The translations under genes were made by a program, and so were the position numbers. Below, piece after piece: positions 62,657 to 64,000 of a stretch of 64,000 nucleotides of DNA (within the stretch, counting starts at the first letter, position 1; every line of letters starts with the position of its first letter). The notes under the pieces were generated by a model. That model was given only the letters and a program-made list of their open reading frames with translations, had not been told where the DNA came from and did not search any database. Source of the stretch: an uncultured Verrucomicrobiae bacterium (GTDB lineage: Bacteria > Verrucomicrobiota > Verrucomicrobiia > Limisphaerales > Palsa-1400); NCBI GenBank assembly GCA_963702845.1, contig OY969763.1, positions 3,808,001 to 3,872,000 on the forward strand, given 5' to 3'.

Positions 62657-63842
62657 GCAGCGCCTCCGCGGGTTTCGAGGTCGCCGGTTGCGGCGGCTGC
62701 ACTGTGCGAATCTCGCCGGTTTGCGGTGGCAAATCAATGTGGGTCGGGCGACCCAAAATTCTGTCAGCAATTTCGGCGGCGGAAGTCGGACGGTCCCAAC
62801 GCTCGAGCGCTTGTTGCATGCTGGCGCGGCGTTGGGGATTGTTGATGATCTCGATGAGTTCGGCTGCGAGCGTGTGCGGCTCGACACTCGATTGCTCAAA
62901 CATGCGCGCGGCGCCGGATTGGACAAAGGCGCGCGCATTGTGAAATTGGTGATTGTCGGCGGCAGTCGGATACGGAATAAGGACTGCCGGCAAACGAGTC
63001 GCGGCAAATTCAGCGAGCGAGGATGCGCCGGCACGGCTGATGGCGACATCCGACGCGGTCAGCGCGAGGTCCATTTCGTTGAGAAACTCGCGGACAACGG
63101 CGCGGCAGTTTTGCGCAGCGTAAGCTTTTTGGACGATGTCGAAATCTTGTTTGCCGGTGAGGTGCAGGATTTGAAGATTGGGAATCGCTTCACGAAGCAA
63201 CGGCGCGCAGTTGAGTGCGAGGTCGTTGATGCCGGTCGCGCCCTGGCTCCCGCCCATAATTAACAAAACGGGATCTTGTTCTTCCAAACCAAGCAGGCGA
63301 CGGGCGACGGCTGCACGCATTGGTTTGGAAAATTGGGCACGGACAGGCATACCAAGCGCTTCGATTTTCTTCGCGCGCATTGTCGTGCTCGGGAAATAGA
63401 CGAAGGCGAGATCAACAAGGCGCGCGAGCCAGCGATTGGCGCGGCCGGCGATGCTGTTGGATTCGTGCAAATAGGTTTTGGCTTCGAGCAGTTTTCCGGC
63501 GAGGACGGGAGCGACACTGGTGAAACCGCCCATCGCAACGACAACATCCGGACGGTTTTTGCGAAAGTGACGCAGCGCGAGCGCGACAGACTTGGTGAGT
63601 CCGAGGCCAAAGCCGAGGTAATTTTTTCCGCTCAAACCGACGGCCGGAAGGCTGATGATTTGGAATTTACCGGCAACGGATGCAACGGCTTGTTGGTCCA
63701 CTTCTTTTTGCGACACGATCAGGGTCACTTCGCACTCGCGACGGGCGAGTTCGTGTGCAATGGCGATGCCGGGGAACAAATGGCCACCCGTGCCGCCACA
63801 GGCGATCGCAATTTTTTTAGGTGTAGCAAATTCGTTACGCAT
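62649..63842 (-). CDS. murG: Undecaprenyl-PP-MurNAc-pentapeptide GlcNAc transferase
   Basis: [39 protein letters not shown]. Confidence 0.96.
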   Translation of the reverse strand: MRNEFATPKKIAIACGGTGGHLFPGIAIAHELARRECEVTLIVSQKEVDQQAVASVAGKFQIISLPAVGLSGKNYLGFGLGLTKSVALALRHFRKNRPDVVVAMGGFTSVAPVLAGKLLEAKTYLHESNSIAGRANRWLARLVDLAFVYFPSTTMRAKKIEALGMPVRAQFSKPMRAAVARRLLGLEEQDPVLLIMGGSQGATGINDLALNCAPLLREAIPNLQILHLTGKQDFDIVQKAYAAQNCRAVVREFLNEMDLALTASDVAISRAGASSLAEFAATRLPAVLIPYPTAADNHQFHNARAFVQSGAARMFEQSSVEPHTLAAELIEIINNPQRRASMQQALERWDRPTSAAEIADRILGRPTHIDLPPQTGEIRTVQPPQPATSKPAEALHA

Positions 63843-64000
63843 CGCTTAACTCCGCAGTGGGTATTTCGAACGGGTTATGGCGCTTGCGCACCGGCTCAAC
63901 AGCAAATCGTGAAATGCTCAGCAACAGTCCGGTCGCGACGAGCATCAGCATAAGATTGGAACCTCCGTAACTGATGAACGGCAGCGGCATACCTTTATTC
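63835..64000 (-). CDS. ftsW: FtsW (3' end only)
   Basis: Manual translation [16 protein letters not shown]...SDA-stop (SEDS signature); overlaps the murG start by 8 nt. Confidence 0.88.
   Translation of the reverse strand, partial: NKGMPLPFISYGGSNLMLMLVATGLLLSISRFAVEPVRKRHNPFEIPTAELSDA

Noticed and set aside
58592..63049. Long N-terminal extensions on FtsA and MurB in the ORF track
   Set aside because: They overlap ftsQ and murG in other frames; coupled ATGs at 59812 and 62656 fit better. The MurB extension is not a MurC domain.

Overview
64-kb chromosomal window from a Verrucomicrobiota bacterium. The 16S V4 text, the prepilin/DUF1559-type genes and the dcw gene set suggest a Pedosphaera/Limisphaerales-like lineage; this is an inference, not a database result. 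Core content: a partial GAF histidine kinase, tRNA-Arg, purK-purE, a DciA-like gene, bioD, one complete minus-strand rRNA operon (16S-tRNA-Ala-tRNA-Ile-23S-5S), and the end of the dcw cluster (ftsW-murG-murB-ddl-ftsQ-ftsA-ftsZ, with no murC). Accessory content: carbohydrate and envelope enzymes, transporters, two prepilin-like proteins, a WG-repeat protein and many hypotheticals. The best candidate for an undescribed system is a tightly coupled four-gene cassette at 9483-13111: NodU/CmcH carbamoyltransferase, SxtJ-like membrane protein, a 66-aa single-TM peptide ending FVYSLF, and a membrane-anchored SGNH protein. The peptide's C-terminus resembles the tyrosine acyl-shuttle motif of DltX/AlgI, which suggests an MBOAT-free trans-membrane carbamoyl relay. 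Other notable items are intergenic patches of 10-bp-period micro-arrays with differing unit sequences, a CX5R phosphatase-like/cytochrome c' fusion under a palindromic operator, a frameshifted HEXXH + JAB-like gene, and a Tat-signal DegT aminotransferase. Several frameshifts may be sequencing errors. No CRISPR array, integrase or transposase was seen.
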